DNA of 64,000 bases from a virus (taxonomy: Duplodnaviria; Caudoviricetes), in IMG/VR virus record IMGVR_UViG_3300032138_000007, positions 1 through 64,000 of that record. One strand, 5' to 3'. Both the position numbers and the translations under genes were made by a program. Positions 28,001 to 36,865 of the stretch are shown here, piece by piece (position 1 is the stretch's first letter; the number at the start of each line of letters is the position of its first letter). A model generated the notes under the pieces. It was not told the origin of the DNA. It worked only from the letters and a program-made list of their open reading frames with translations, and searched no databases.

Positions 28001-31000
28001 CACCAATACAATCAATAGATGGTAATAAAATAACTTTATTTAATTCATATGAAAGCTTAGCACCAGAAAATGTTGTATTAGATAATAGTGCAAATATAAG
28101 ATCGTTTACCAAATTTTCAGAATTTTATGTTGATTATACTTCATCTCTTTATAGTTCTGAACCAATATATGGTTCATTAAGAGGAGAAATAGACTCAATA
28201 GATGGAAATAATATTACTCTTGTAAACAGTTATTCTGAACTTGGTCAGGAATCAAATCACGATTTTGATAAATATTCATTAAGTGATATGCAACCATTTG
28301 GTAAATGGTTTGTTCAATATGCAGCAGATAAGAGTGAAAATTTAAGTAAGTTAATTAAGTTAGGGGCAAATGATTTTAGTCTAATAACTAATTTTAAAGT
28401 TGATCAAACTACTTATTCTGAATATCCATATTCAGTAGTTTATAAATTATATGAACCACTACCTGATGAAATTGTAGAAAAAGATTTTGTTACTGTAGTT
28501 AGGGAGATGATTCCACCGATAGAAGAAACTTGTACTTTAATCCCATTTATAGAAGAAGAAGTAAGTGAGATTGTTTTAAGGACACCAGAGTTTGCAAATA
28601 CTAACAGTCCAATAGGACCAGGAACAACAGAATATAAAAATTATACTAAGTTAACTTCCACCGATGGTGGTATAAAGGAAAGTGTAGAAAATGAAGTAAT
28701 TAGTGGTAGTTTAAGTACTGATATTAATGTTGATTATTCTCAATTTGAAAATTTTATTCATTTTAGTTCAGCCGAACAACGACTTAGAAATTTTAAATAT
28801 AAATTAGATTTAATAGAACAATATACTGATAGGAGTGCTTCTCTTGCAGGAACAAGTAGCGGTTCGACTGGAAAACTTCGTATAAAAGCTTCACCAGGAA
28901 CAGGTGCATATTTAAATGTATCAGCTTCAGATGCATATAATCCATCTTTTCAACCAGTAAGTGGATCTTTGGTTCAAATACAATCTTGGGAACAGAAACG
29001 TAGAGATACTATAAATTCTTTTGATAAATTTGAAAAATATATGTTTAATAATAGTTCATCTTATTCAAGTGAATCTATTCAGGTATTCAACGATAACGCA
29101 TGGCCTAAAGAGTATGGTGGAGATACTTATTCAAGTCCATATGTTCTTTACAGAACTTCACAATCAGCAGCAACAACTTGGTACGCAGACCAATTAATTT
29201 CTGCATCTACATATGACAGGTCAAATAAACATAGATTAAAAGGTCATCTTCCAATGTTTGTTCAAGATGATGATGAAAATAACGTATTCTTAAAATTTGT
29301 AGATATGATTGGTCATCATTTTGATGATATGTGGATATTCATTAAAAGTATGACAGATGTTCATGATAAACGAGATAAATTAACAGAAGGTATAGCAAAA
29401 GATTTATTAAAACCAGTAGCACAATCACTTGGTTGGGAAGTTCATGATGGAAAAGATTTAATATCACTTCCAAGATATATGTTTGGAATGGAACAAACTG
29501 GTTCTGAAACTCCTTGGGAATATTCTGGTACTCCTGAACGAGATATATCAAGAGAAATTTGGAGTCGTATTATAAACAATATGCCTTATTTCTTAAAAAC
29601 TAAAGGAACAGTAAGATCACTTAAAGGATTAATAAGTTGTTATGGTATACCATCGAGTATATTACGAGTTATAGAATATGGGGGACCTAAACTATCTGGA
29701 CAAACACAAGAATATTTCTTAACACGAAAATTTACAAAGGCCTTAAATTTTAAAGGATCAACAAATAATACTTATGTTCAAAATGATACTTGGGAAGCGG
29801 TTACACTTGGAGATGCCCCAACAAGTAGACATCCAGATACAGTAGAATTTAGATTTAGAGCGGCAAGTGGTTCGAATCAAGTATTAGTAAGACGAGGTGA
29901 TGATTGGGCAATTAGATTAAAAGATAATGATGCATCAGATAATCGTGGTTATGTATCTTTTATGTTGTCTGGTTCTGATGGAGAATATAAGGAAGTATCA
30001 TCTTCTGAATTTCCTGTATATGATAATGAATTTTGGTCTGTAATGTTGACAAGAACCATGAGTGGTTCATTAAAAAGTTTTGTATCAAGTGATGCATCTA
30101 ATTTAGATGTTGATTATACTTTATATACTAAGAAGTATGATGCTGGTAGAAGTAAAATTATATATGAATCTCAAAATACTTTGACAATAAGTGGTTCATT
30201 TGCAGCATCAGCTTCATATAATTCATCATATACAGGAAGTTCGGATACAATTACATTAGGTGGTCCTGAACATGCAACCTTTGGAGAATCATTAAGTGGT
30301 TCTATGATGGAATATAGAAATTGGACAACACCACTCAATGTAACTTCATTTGATAATCATGTAGCAGCTCCAATAGCATTTGATGGTAATACACCATCTG
30401 CATCTTATTTAGATTTAGTTACTCGATATTCATTTGACGATGATAAAGATTTAAGTGTTTCTTATAATCAATGGTTTCGAGATGCGTCAGCAGATCAATC
30501 TTTTACATCATCAGCCGTTCCGCACAATTATACAAGTGTAATGGGTGATCATTTTTCATCCGTAGTAGATGAAACAAAGATGAAAGTTCCAAATTTGGGA
30601 CCAAGTGGTAGGTCATCAAGAAAAGTAAGAATTGAAGCAGATGAACTAATTGACAAAGTTGGTAGTCCAGCATTACAATTTGGAAAAAGTATAACAGTAC
30701 CTGCCTATGATAAAGCTCCAATAGATTCCAATAAACTTGGTATATTTTTCTCACCATCTGCAGCAATAGATGAAGATATTATATTATCAATGCCTAATCT
30801 TGATTTTGACCAATTCATTGGTGATCCTCGTGACCAATATAAAGAACAATATACGGGATTAGTAGAGGCTAGAAATTTATATTGGCAAAAATATTCAGGA
30901 CCTAATAATTTTTGGGATTATTTGAGATTGATAAAATATTATGATAGTTCTTTGTATAGACAATTAAAATCATTAGTTCCTGCACGTGCAAATGCAACTA

Positions 31001-32001
31001 TTGGTATATTAATTGAACCTACTATTCTTGAACGAGATAAGATTATAACAGGAAAAGAACCTACTGCTACTCCCCACCATCATTTTTCAGAAATTGATAT
31101 TCATACTACTTATGTTTCTGAAAGTGCAGAATATCAAGTATATGAAGATAGGGTGAATTGGTCATCACCATTTGGTATTGATAAACATAAAATGGAAACT
31201 GGTTCATATATTTCATCATCTGCACAATTTGATACTTTTGAGGCAGATTTAACTTTTACTGATCCATTTAGAGTTAATTTTTATACTATGGAGAGTGGCT
31301 CGAGTGAACAGTATGGATCGGGTGCACATAAATCTGGAAGTGGAAAATTTGGTTTTGTATCAGCATCAGCCACCGATATAACTCCGTGGGGACTTGAAAC
31401 AATGCCTTTAAATTTTTATGATCCACATAGATTGAATAATAGAACACAAGATAGTGGTTCTGGTGTAGCTATAACAGCAGCTTTTTCTTCATATGAGGCA
31501 CCGAGTGATACAATAAGTGCAAATGCATCAGGAACGGGTTCATTTGTAATTAAACATATTTTAGAAAGACCAGCATTATATAATATTGGTGATATAGATA
31601 CAAGTGGGTGGTATGGTCAAGATTATTATAATTCAACTATACAAGCAGGAAGTGTTAAAACTATATTTGAAGAAGTAGTTCAACCACGAATAGAAACAAA
31701 TATAATGTCACAATTTAATGATGAAATAGAGTATTATTATTCATCTTCATTAAGTGCTTCAATGCATAAAGCCTACTCATCAAGTTTTGTTCGTAGTGAT
31801 TTGGATAGTAGATGGGATGAGGCAATAGGAACAGATAGATTATTTTATACAGGATGTGTTCAAACTGATAGTTCTACAGTAACAGATCCAGAAGAAAGGT
31901 GGTTAGATGATACACCCGCAGTAGATATAACTATAGTATCACCTACAAAATTAGTAACAACTGATAAAACCACTACTAAGATGGATGTAAAGAATAAATA
32001 A
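25051..32001 (+). CDS. Large baseplate wedge protein (gp7-like) with carbohydrate-binding-like insertions
   Basis: LPMFV..FLKF..; FLKTKGTVRSLKGLISCYG tail-P2-I-like motif; NGHFSNG/YIISCWV CBM-like segments. Confidence 0.65.
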   Translation: MPTKKQLIKDTITGKLSRLKAKDLPLVGIDGLNDGDIVSPFGTLTTDIIEYHVYDTDDNYTASGLIEYPLPTDLDVGSHVRNLGYERGTYKIVYNFLRQIGGSHKVVLTKKSDKSIYTGQYMVETNGKILASHFPLPDVEPNLEVPLTDDNGNEIELLVQDDKFWLQEISPSRTEIRLRPNPAINDIDYYEQFRLLGYTCLSYSDVSGTSDITFESIDGKTATINNGSISLNQAMVGGTLKIREAFVIDHDETPEVISRYFPLIENTTLNVSNNIVTNGHFSNGLDVEEKGQSSVRNSIVDNIANPGNTKFVLKTQSVGSEDMQNKYQLLLKGIPGENYIISCWVHWTPEWTNNKTLFIGGINSPSGDIHFNDGIAGQTQPRAVSETIEVDGNLWERYYKVITIPEDSDGNIDLQFGHTNEETPDGYGERYITNIQVEPGSLGGIPTPYMEVERPEEVDVPISGQISFISDPDTETNQVVEAILTEEDDGFIDSMVSGEGRGSGVLTIKDAYVVDEVFSEDTELIVIDDIPLKNPLATDIRKYEREFRVSPYHGGGTNRIWIRVDNTFTITSFNSLNVPTVIGTTHGVAGAYKESYTYALPDDLERLEIQTRNNTKGAGFLAKIKWNGSIIRTGDGEGSYEDENEDWKRDHYGDSGEIDVPEVIYTSTNSSGPFEIISNSTNAEDLNWSEQLGKSTKTAHKQLRDCDWVWSTEVNNSQDLVWQWIPEGSVTDLIWQYPDPILYSDAVRPNGWSDGFNSFNWGGSETARIDQARWHSGWLGHHAKWIQGEGQFGETCMKFIDKNSEFLSPNHVNYPTTEPHRTGLSSAEHETLSHRWMGISQTLPHAMVAQGIEPGNKITVSWWQKSDTVNKGAMVGLHHYRKSDGNVTWGTSIGTHPATLEEGSLSAGEREFFKYRPVSKIGEWEQVSWTGVVYEDWDLAKPTTLYVYGHYGPEGILWVESPTIQLTESTTVVNRTPVTADLVAPIQSIDGNKITLFNSYESLAPENVVLDNSANIRSFTKFSEFYVDYTSSLYSSEPIYGSLRGEIDSIDGNNITLVNSYSELGQESNHDFDKYSLSDMQPFGKWFVQYAADKSENLSKLIKLGANDFSLITNFKVDQTTYSEYPYSVVYKLYEPLPDEIVEKDFVTVVREMIPPIEETCTLIPFIEEEVSEIVLRTPEFANTNSPIGPGTTEYKNYTKLTSTDGGIKESVENEVISGSLSTDINVDYSQFENFIHFSSAEQRLRNFKYKLDLIEQYTDRSASLAGTSSGSTGKLRIKASPGTGAYLNVSASDAYNPSFQPVSGSLVQIQSWEQKRRDTINSFDKFEKYMFNNSSSYSSESIQVFNDNAWPKEYGGDTYSSPYVLYRTSQSAATTWYADQLISASTYDRSNKHRLKGHLPMFVQDDDENNVFLKFVDMIGHHFDDMWIFIKSMTDVHDKRDKLTEGIAKDLLKPVAQSLGWEVHDGKDLISLPRYMFGMEQTGSETPWEYSGTPERDISREIWSRIINNMPYFLKTKGTVRSLKGLISCYGIPSSILRVIEYGGPKLSGQTQEYFLTRKFTKALNFKGSTNNTYVQNDTWEAVTLGDAPTSRHPDTVEFRFRAASGSNQVLVRRGDDWAIRLKDNDASDNRGYVSFMLSGSDGEYKEVSSSEFPVYDNEFWSVMLTRTMSGSLKSFVSSDASNLDVDYTLYTKKYDAGRSKIIYESQNTLTISGSFAASASYNSSYTGSSDTITLGGPEHATFGESLSGSMMEYRNWTTPLNVTSFDNHVAAPIAFDGNTPSASYLDLVTRYSFDDDKDLSVSYNQWFRDASADQSFTSSAVPHNYTSVMGDHFSSVVDETKMKVPNLGPSGRSSRKVRIEADELIDKVGSPALQFGKSITVPAYDKAPIDSNKLGIFFSPSAAIDEDIILSMPNLDFDQFIGDPRDQYKEQYTGLVEARNLYWQKYSGPNNFWDYLRLIKYYDSSLYRQLKSLVPARANATIGILIEPTILERDKIITGKEPTATPHHHFSEIDIHTTYVSESAEYQVYEDRVNWSSPFGIDKHKMETGSYISSSAQFDTFEADLTFTDPFRVNFYTMESGSSEQYGSGAHKSGSGKFGFVSASATDITPWGLETMPLNFYDPHRLNNRTQDSGSGVAITAAFSSYEAPSDTISANASGTGSFVIKHILERPALYNIGDIDTSGWYGQDYYNSTIQAGSVKTIFEEVVQPRIETNIMSQFNDEIEYYYSSSLSASMHKAYSSSFVRSDLDSRWDEAIGTDRLFYTGCVQTDSSTVTDPEERWLDDTPAVDITIVSPTKLVTTDKTTTKMDVKNK

Positions 32002-32101
32002 TGATAAAAACTTAAAAGGATTATATTTATAAGAGAAGAATAATAAGTTATATTATATCGAATCTTATAATTAAATAAATCCGTATATAGGAGAAAAACA
32101 A

Positions 32102-32974
32102 ATGGGATATTTAAATAATTCAACCAGAATATTAGACGCTATTTTGACAAAGAAAGGTCGTGAAATTTTGTCAAGTGGTGGAGATTTTGAAGTCACTAAA
32201 TTCGCACTTGGTGACGATGAGGTTGATTACGCACTATGGGATACAACCCATACACAAGGAACGGATTATTATGGTGCAGTGATTGATAATCTACCAGCAC
32301 TTGAACCGTTTAATGATCCTTCAGAAATTATGAAGTATAAACTTGTGACAAGACAAGAAGGAACTTCAGCGATGGTTAAATTAAATAATTATACTAATCC
32401 TGGAACTAATACAATAACTTTAAATTGGTATAGTGATATTACTTCAAATTCTGGAATATCAGTTAATCCAAGTTCACCAGATCCAGATAATCCAAATCCA
32501 CCAGAAAATCCAACTAATGCAGTTAGTTTACTTGGTGGGGGTGATAATGCATCTCAAACTTTACATATTTCACGGGCACAAAATAGTACAGATGATGGAT
32601 ATGGAAATTTAGATTTTGATAGTTTGGAACAGGAACCCTATACTGTAACGGTATTGGATTCAAGTGTTGCAATTTTAGCACCTGAACCATCTGGTGGTCA
32701 AATTGATAGAGAGGGTGATATTCAAGTATTAACTCCACAAGATTTATTGTGGGTCCCCTTTGTTGATAATGTACAACATATATCACAAACACTTAAAGGA
32801 TGTAGCCAAAGTGATGCGGAAGTTGGACTTAGATTTCCGTTTTCGAGTGGTCAAAAAGGATTAAGACTTTATCCTAAAAAAATATCATCTTCCACAGAAA
32901 CTTCAGTTATAGTAACTGGGGATTTATCAGGAGCAGTATTAGAATTTAACGTAACAGTTACATATAATTCATAA
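32102..32974 (+). CDS. Structural protein, paralog A1
   Basis: MGYL..DAILTKKGRE..TKFALGDDEVDY. Confidence 0.75.
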   Translation: MGYLNNSTRILDAILTKKGREILSSGGDFEVTKFALGDDEVDYALWDTTHTQGTDYYGAVIDNLPALEPFNDPSEIMKYKLVTRQEGTSAMVKLNNYTNPGTNTITLNWYSDITSNSGISVNPSSPDPDNPNPPENPTNAVSLLGGGDNASQTLHISRAQNSTDDGYGNLDFDSLEQEPYTVTVLDSSVAILAPEPSGGQIDREGDIQVLTPQDLLWVPFVDNVQHISQTLKGCSQSDAEVGLRFPFSSGQKGLRLYPKKISSSTETSVIVTGDLSGAVLEFNVTVTYNS

Positions 32975-32989
32975 GTAATAAGGTAAATA

Positions 32990-33679
32990 ATGGGATTTAT
33001 AAATAATACTTCATATATTTTAAATGCAGTATTAACCAAAAAGGGTAAACAATATCTTGCAAAAAGTGATGGGAGTTTTAATATAACAAAATTCGCATTA
33101 TCAGATGATGAGATAGATTATACTTTATGGGATATTGCACATCCAAAAGGGACTGATTATTATGGTGCTGTATTAGAATCTACACCAATGTTAGAACCAT
33201 GTGTTGATCCTGAAGTTGTGATGAAATATAAATTAATTAATATGCCAGTAGGAACTAAGGCATTACCATATATTGGAAATATGACACCAACTTCGTTTCT
33301 TGGTTCAAATTCACTTAATTCTTCTCTTGTTGGTAATCCACCAAATTGGGCGTTTAATACTGTTGTTCTTTCACCAGAGACACATGGTGCAAGCGAAGCT
33401 TTTTTAAATGAAGATTATAGTTTTTTAGTATTAAATAGAAATGTAGTTGATATAGGAATCGGTGAAGGAAGTACGGTAGATTATGATGTAGGTGCTGTAT
33501 ATAACGAAGAATCTGGTAGATTGAGTAAAAAAGTAGTTTCAAGAGTAGCAACTTTTAAAACAGGAATTGGTACGGTTGCAACATCAAGAGAAACATCAAT
33601 TATTATAACTGGTCAAATGTCAGGAGCAATCTATGTTTTACCAATAAAAGTTGATTATTTGGATAACACACCACAATAA
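32990..33679 (+). CDS. Structural protein, paralog A2
   Basis: MGFI..AVLTKKGKQ..TKFALSDDEIDY. Confidence 0.75.
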   Translation: MGFINNTSYILNAVLTKKGKQYLAKSDGSFNITKFALSDDEIDYTLWDIAHPKGTDYYGAVLESTPMLEPCVDPEVVMKYKLINMPVGTKALPYIGNMTPTSFLGSNSLNSSLVGNPPNWAFNTVVLSPETHGASEAFLNEDYSFLVLNRNVVDIGIGEGSTVDYDVGAVYNEESGRLSKKVVSRVATFKTGIGTVATSRETSIIITGQMSGAIYVLPIKVDYLDNTPQ

Positions 33680-33690
33680 AGAGATAAATT

Positions 33691-34080
33691 ATGGGATTTA
33701 TAAATAAAGATACATTAACTATAGATGCGATACTTACAAACAAAGGTAGAGATTATTTAAGAAAAGCAGTATTTGGTGAAAACCAAAATGGAGAACACGT
33801 TATTACAAAATTTGCATTATCGGATGATGAGATAGATTATTCTTTGTGGGATGTAACACCGAGTGGTTCAAATTTTGTAAAACCATATGGTCAAGTGATT
33901 GATAACCAACCACTAACTGAACCCAATGTTAATTGGAAAACTCCAACTGATAGTGAAATTATGAGACATTTTATATTTAAACATAAAATTGGTGAGACAA
34001 ATGAGGGTAATACCGATTCTTCTACTCCACCACCACCATCAGGTCCAATGGGTCCAAATAGTTCAAATGGAGTGATATAA
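33691..34080 (+). CDS. Structural protein, paralog A3 (N-terminal half)
   Basis: MGFI..DAILTNKGRD..TKFALSDDEIDY. Confidence 0.75.
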   Translation: MGFINKDTLTIDAILTNKGRDYLRKAVFGENQNGEHVITKFALSDDEIDYSLWDVTPSGSNFVKPYGQVIDNQPLTEPNVNWKTPTDSEIMRHFIFKHKIGETNEGNTDSSTPPPPSGPMGPNSSNGVI

Positions 34081-34358
34081 TGATATTACAACATACTCAA
34101 ACAGGACAAGATGGAATAGGACAAAAGAAAGTTTTATCTGGATTATATTCAGTTCGATTAAAAGCTAAAAAAGTTTTATCAGTAAAAAATACTACTTTAA
34201 AGATTGAAGGAGAATCAAGTGGGGCAAGTTGGACAATTGGAGTAGTAGTTAATAGTGGAGATACAGTTTTAGAGTATTATCCACCACCAGTAAATCCAAA
34301 TCCACCAAGTGGACCAGTAGCAGCATTTAGTTGGGTACTTGACGAATTACAGGCATAA
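34080..34358 (+). CDS. C-terminal-half homolog of family A ending in a PKD first-strand-like motif
   Basis: TTLKIEGESSGASWTIGVVV aligns with A1/A2 C-termini; ends PVAAFSW. Confidence 0.65.
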   Translation: MILQHTQTGQDGIGQKKVLSGLYSVRLKAKKVLSVKNTTLKIEGESSGASWTIGVVVNSGDTVLEYYPPPVNPNPPSGPVAAFSWVLDELQA

Positions 34359-34367
34359 GATAAATAT

Positions 34368-34940
34368 ATGGGATATTTAGATAAAACGACACAAACTGTA
34401 ACAGCACATTTTACCAAAAGAGGTAGAGAACTTTTAGCGGACGCTTTGGCAGGTAATACAAGTGGTGATTATATAATTACACAATTTGCACTTGGAGATG
34501 ATGAGGTTGATTATTCTTTATACGATGAAAGTTTATCACCTAATTTACGAGGTAAAGTTATTGAGAATATGCCACTTCTTGAGTCTTTTATTAACGAAGA
34601 AGAACTTATGAATTATTTTTTAAAAGATGCTCCTCCTGTAATGTTACAAAGTCAGTTATCAAATATACCTGCACAGATTACATTGGAAGGACTTGGAGAT
34701 GTAATTGATATAAGTCCAATAACAGAAAATTTTACTTTTTTTAACGAAGAAACACAAGAGAATCAAGATTGGGAAACATATACTTTTACTCTTGGTCATG
34801 ATAATATGGTGGAAATGTATGATATAAATAATCCGCCTACAGCAGAATTTACATATGAAATAGATGTTCAAGGTTCTCCACCAGAAGGTACACCACCAAA
34901 TGCAAATTTTAATTATCAAAATACAAATTTAATATTTTAA
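34368..34940 (+). CDS. Structural protein, paralog A4, ending in two PKD first-strand-like motifs
   Basis: MGYL..AHFTKRGRE..TQFALGDDEVDY; PTAEFTY and PNANFNY. Confidence 0.75.
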   Translation: MGYLDKTTQTVTAHFTKRGRELLADALAGNTSGDYIITQFALGDDEVDYSLYDESLSPNLRGKVIENMPLLESFINEEELMNYFLKDAPPVMLQSQLSNIPAQITLEGLGDVIDISPITENFTFFNEETQENQDWETYTFTLGHDNMVEMYDINNPPTAEFTYEIDVQGSPPEGTPPNANFNYQNTNLIF

Positions 34941-34952
34941 AGGAGATATAAA

Positions 34953-35330
34953 ATGCCATTACCAACAATGAATTACGCACCATTGACAATCAGTTTTACT
35001 GATACATCTGCAGGTGATGGGCTGGCGTATTTGTGGGATTTCGGAGATGGTTCAACTTCAACGTTACGAAACCCAACACATACATTTCAAGCGGGAGCTT
35101 GGAGTGTTACTTTAACTGTAGAAAATGAAAATGGTTCAGACCAAACTTCTGCAACAATAGTTGCTATACCACAAGGTGCAGGTGGTGGAAACGGAAAAGG
35201 TGGGAATGGTAAAGGTGGAAACGGAAAAGGTGGAAATGGTAAAGGTGGAAACGGAAAAGGTGGGAATGGTAAAGGTGGAAATGGTAAAGGTGGAAATGGT
35301 AAAGGTGGAAACGGAAAAGGGGGATTTTAA
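34953..35330 (+). CDS. PKD-domain protein lacking strand A, with (GGNGK)9 tail
   Basis: APLTISFTDTS..YLWDFGDGSTST..NPTHTF..VTLTV; AGGAG RBS. Confidence 0.85.
   Translation: MPLPTMNYAPLTISFTDTSAGDGLAYLWDFGDGSTSTLRNPTHTFQAGAWSVTLTVENENGSDQTSATIVAIPQGAGGGNGKGGNGKGGNGKGGNGKGGNGKGGNGKGGNGKGGNGKGGNGKGGF
35184..35318 (+). repeat. 15-bp coding tandem repeat x9 (GGNGK)
   Basis: ggtggRaaYggWaaa units varying only at synonymous positions. Confidence 0.95.
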
Positions 35331-35752
35331 TCGAACCCAAAGCAAATTTTACTTTTGAACAACCATATAAACCAAATTTATCATCTAATAAGAATATTAA
35401 AAATAAGTTATTTAGTAGTGATAAAATAGAAGTTAAAAAATCCACTTTGGAAGGATATGGAGTTTTTGCAAAAGAAGATATTAAAAGTGGAGAAGTATTA
35501 GAGGAATGTCATTATATAGAAGTTGGTAGTGACGGTGATGTTGATAGATATAAATTTAATTGGCCAAGAGGAACAGAAAACCCTGAAAAAGTTGTGTTAC
35601 CACTTGGATTTGGAAGTATTTACAATACAGTTATTAATGAAGATGAAAAGACTGTAGATTGGAAAACTGATTTAAATAATGATATTTTTATATTTTATAC
35701 TATAAAAAATATAAAAAAAGATGAGGAAATGTTAACGTATTATGATTATTGA
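35330..35752 (+). CDS. SET-domain protein (true start upstream of TTG 35447; non-canonical start or frameshift)
   Basis: Frame open from 35303; KIEVKKSTLEGYGVFAKEDI..GE, GFGSIYN, IKKDEEMLTYY; canonical NHS motif reads NTV. Confidence 0.75.
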   Translation: MEPKANFTFEQPYKPNLSSNKNIKNKLFSSDKIEVKKSTLEGYGVFAKEDIKSGEVLEECHYIEVGSDGDVDRYKFNWPRGTENPEKVVLPLGFGSIYNTVINEDEKTVDWKTDLNNDIFIFYTIKNIKKDEEMLTYYDY

Positions 35753-35797
35753 TACAAAATTAAAGGAATGTATATTTATACATATAGGAGATAAATA

Positions 35798-36850
35798 ATG
35801 AGTAGTGAAACAAGTTTTTTCACCACGTTAAGTGGTGAAGATAAAAGAACTAATATACCGAGTACTATATCTTCTCCAGTATGGACGGGAGGAACAGCAA
35901 CGCTAACTTCCTTCTATTCTGGATCTACACAAAGTGGTAGTAGTGGAAATTATTATTATGATGTGTTTGATAAAGTTGGAAGTGATACTACACGGGTTGT
36001 TCAATTCGCAGTAGCTTATGGCCATTACGATGGAAGTGGTTCGTTATCTACTTCTGCGGGAAATAATCCATCTAAGGCAGTATATCGTCAGTTTAGAAAT
36101 GTATGTATTAGGAATGCTGGAAGTACAGATAAATTTAAATTTCCTGAAACTAATTCAACTGAATTTAAAGATGTTTATGTAATAAATGTAAACAGAGCAC
36201 GATATAGAGAAAAGATAGATCCAGGCAATTGGGAACTTCATTTGAGTGGAAGTTCACCAACCGCACCAAACCATCCAATAAAATTAATTGACGATAGTGG
36301 AGCAACTTCAGATTCATCTGTAAAAGCATCACAGAGAGTTTTTAATATAGTGAGTGGTTCAATTGGAACAGGGGCAACGGATATAAATACACAAGCTTCA
36401 GCAGAACCTATAGCATCTGGTTCATATGGATTGTTTTATCCTGAGTTAGGACTTATAATATTAAATGCAACTCGATTAGATATAGCATCTGATTTAAATC
36501 TTGGTACATCTGAAACTGCTAATACAAATATGAATAACTCATTGAAGTTATTTCGGGCAATACAAAGTGGTAGTAAATTTCAAGCACGTAGAGAAGAACA
36601 GATAAAATCATCTCACTTTTTCTGTAGGGTAAAATCTGATGAATATAATTTTAGTCAGAATCCAACCTACTTTCAAGGTACAAATGCAGAATTAACTAAT
36701 ACTACTTTTATTACTGATCCTAAGGCATATATAACTACAGTTGGTCTTTATAATGAACAAAATGAGTTATTGGCAGTTGCAAAGTTAAGTCAACCTTTAT
36801 TGAAATCGAGAGATAGAGAAGCGGTAATTAAAGTACGATTAGACTTTTAG
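35798..36850 (+). CDS. Baseplate/tail structural protein, paralog B1
   Basis: C-terminal YITTVGLYNEQNELLAVAKLSQP..VRLDF. Confidence 0.75.
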   Translation: MSSETSFFTTLSGEDKRTNIPSTISSPVWTGGTATLTSFYSGSTQSGSSGNYYYDVFDKVGSDTTRVVQFAVAYGHYDGSGSLSTSAGNNPSKAVYRQFRNVCIRNAGSTDKFKFPETNSTEFKDVYVINVNRARYREKIDPGNWELHLSGSSPTAPNHPIKLIDDSGATSDSSVKASQRVFNIVSGSIGTGATDINTQASAEPIASGSYGLFYPELGLIILNATRLDIASDLNLGTSETANTNMNNSLKLFRAIQSGSKFQARREEQIKSSHFFCRVKSDEYNFSQNPTYFQGTNAELTNTTFITDPKAYITTVGLYNEQNELLAVAKLSQPLLKSRDREAVIKVRLDF

Positions 36851-36865
36851 GAAAGGAGATAATAA

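Noticed and set aside
35184-35318. Possible CRISPR array or non-coding repeat
   Set aside because: Contiguous 15-bp units with no spacers; variation is synonymous in the GGNGK frame
35136-35445. Alternative-frame ORFs over the repeat (KVEMV, FHLYH, STFTI repeats)
   Set aside because: Shadows of the repeat; nucleotide variation changes their residues, and no RBS seen
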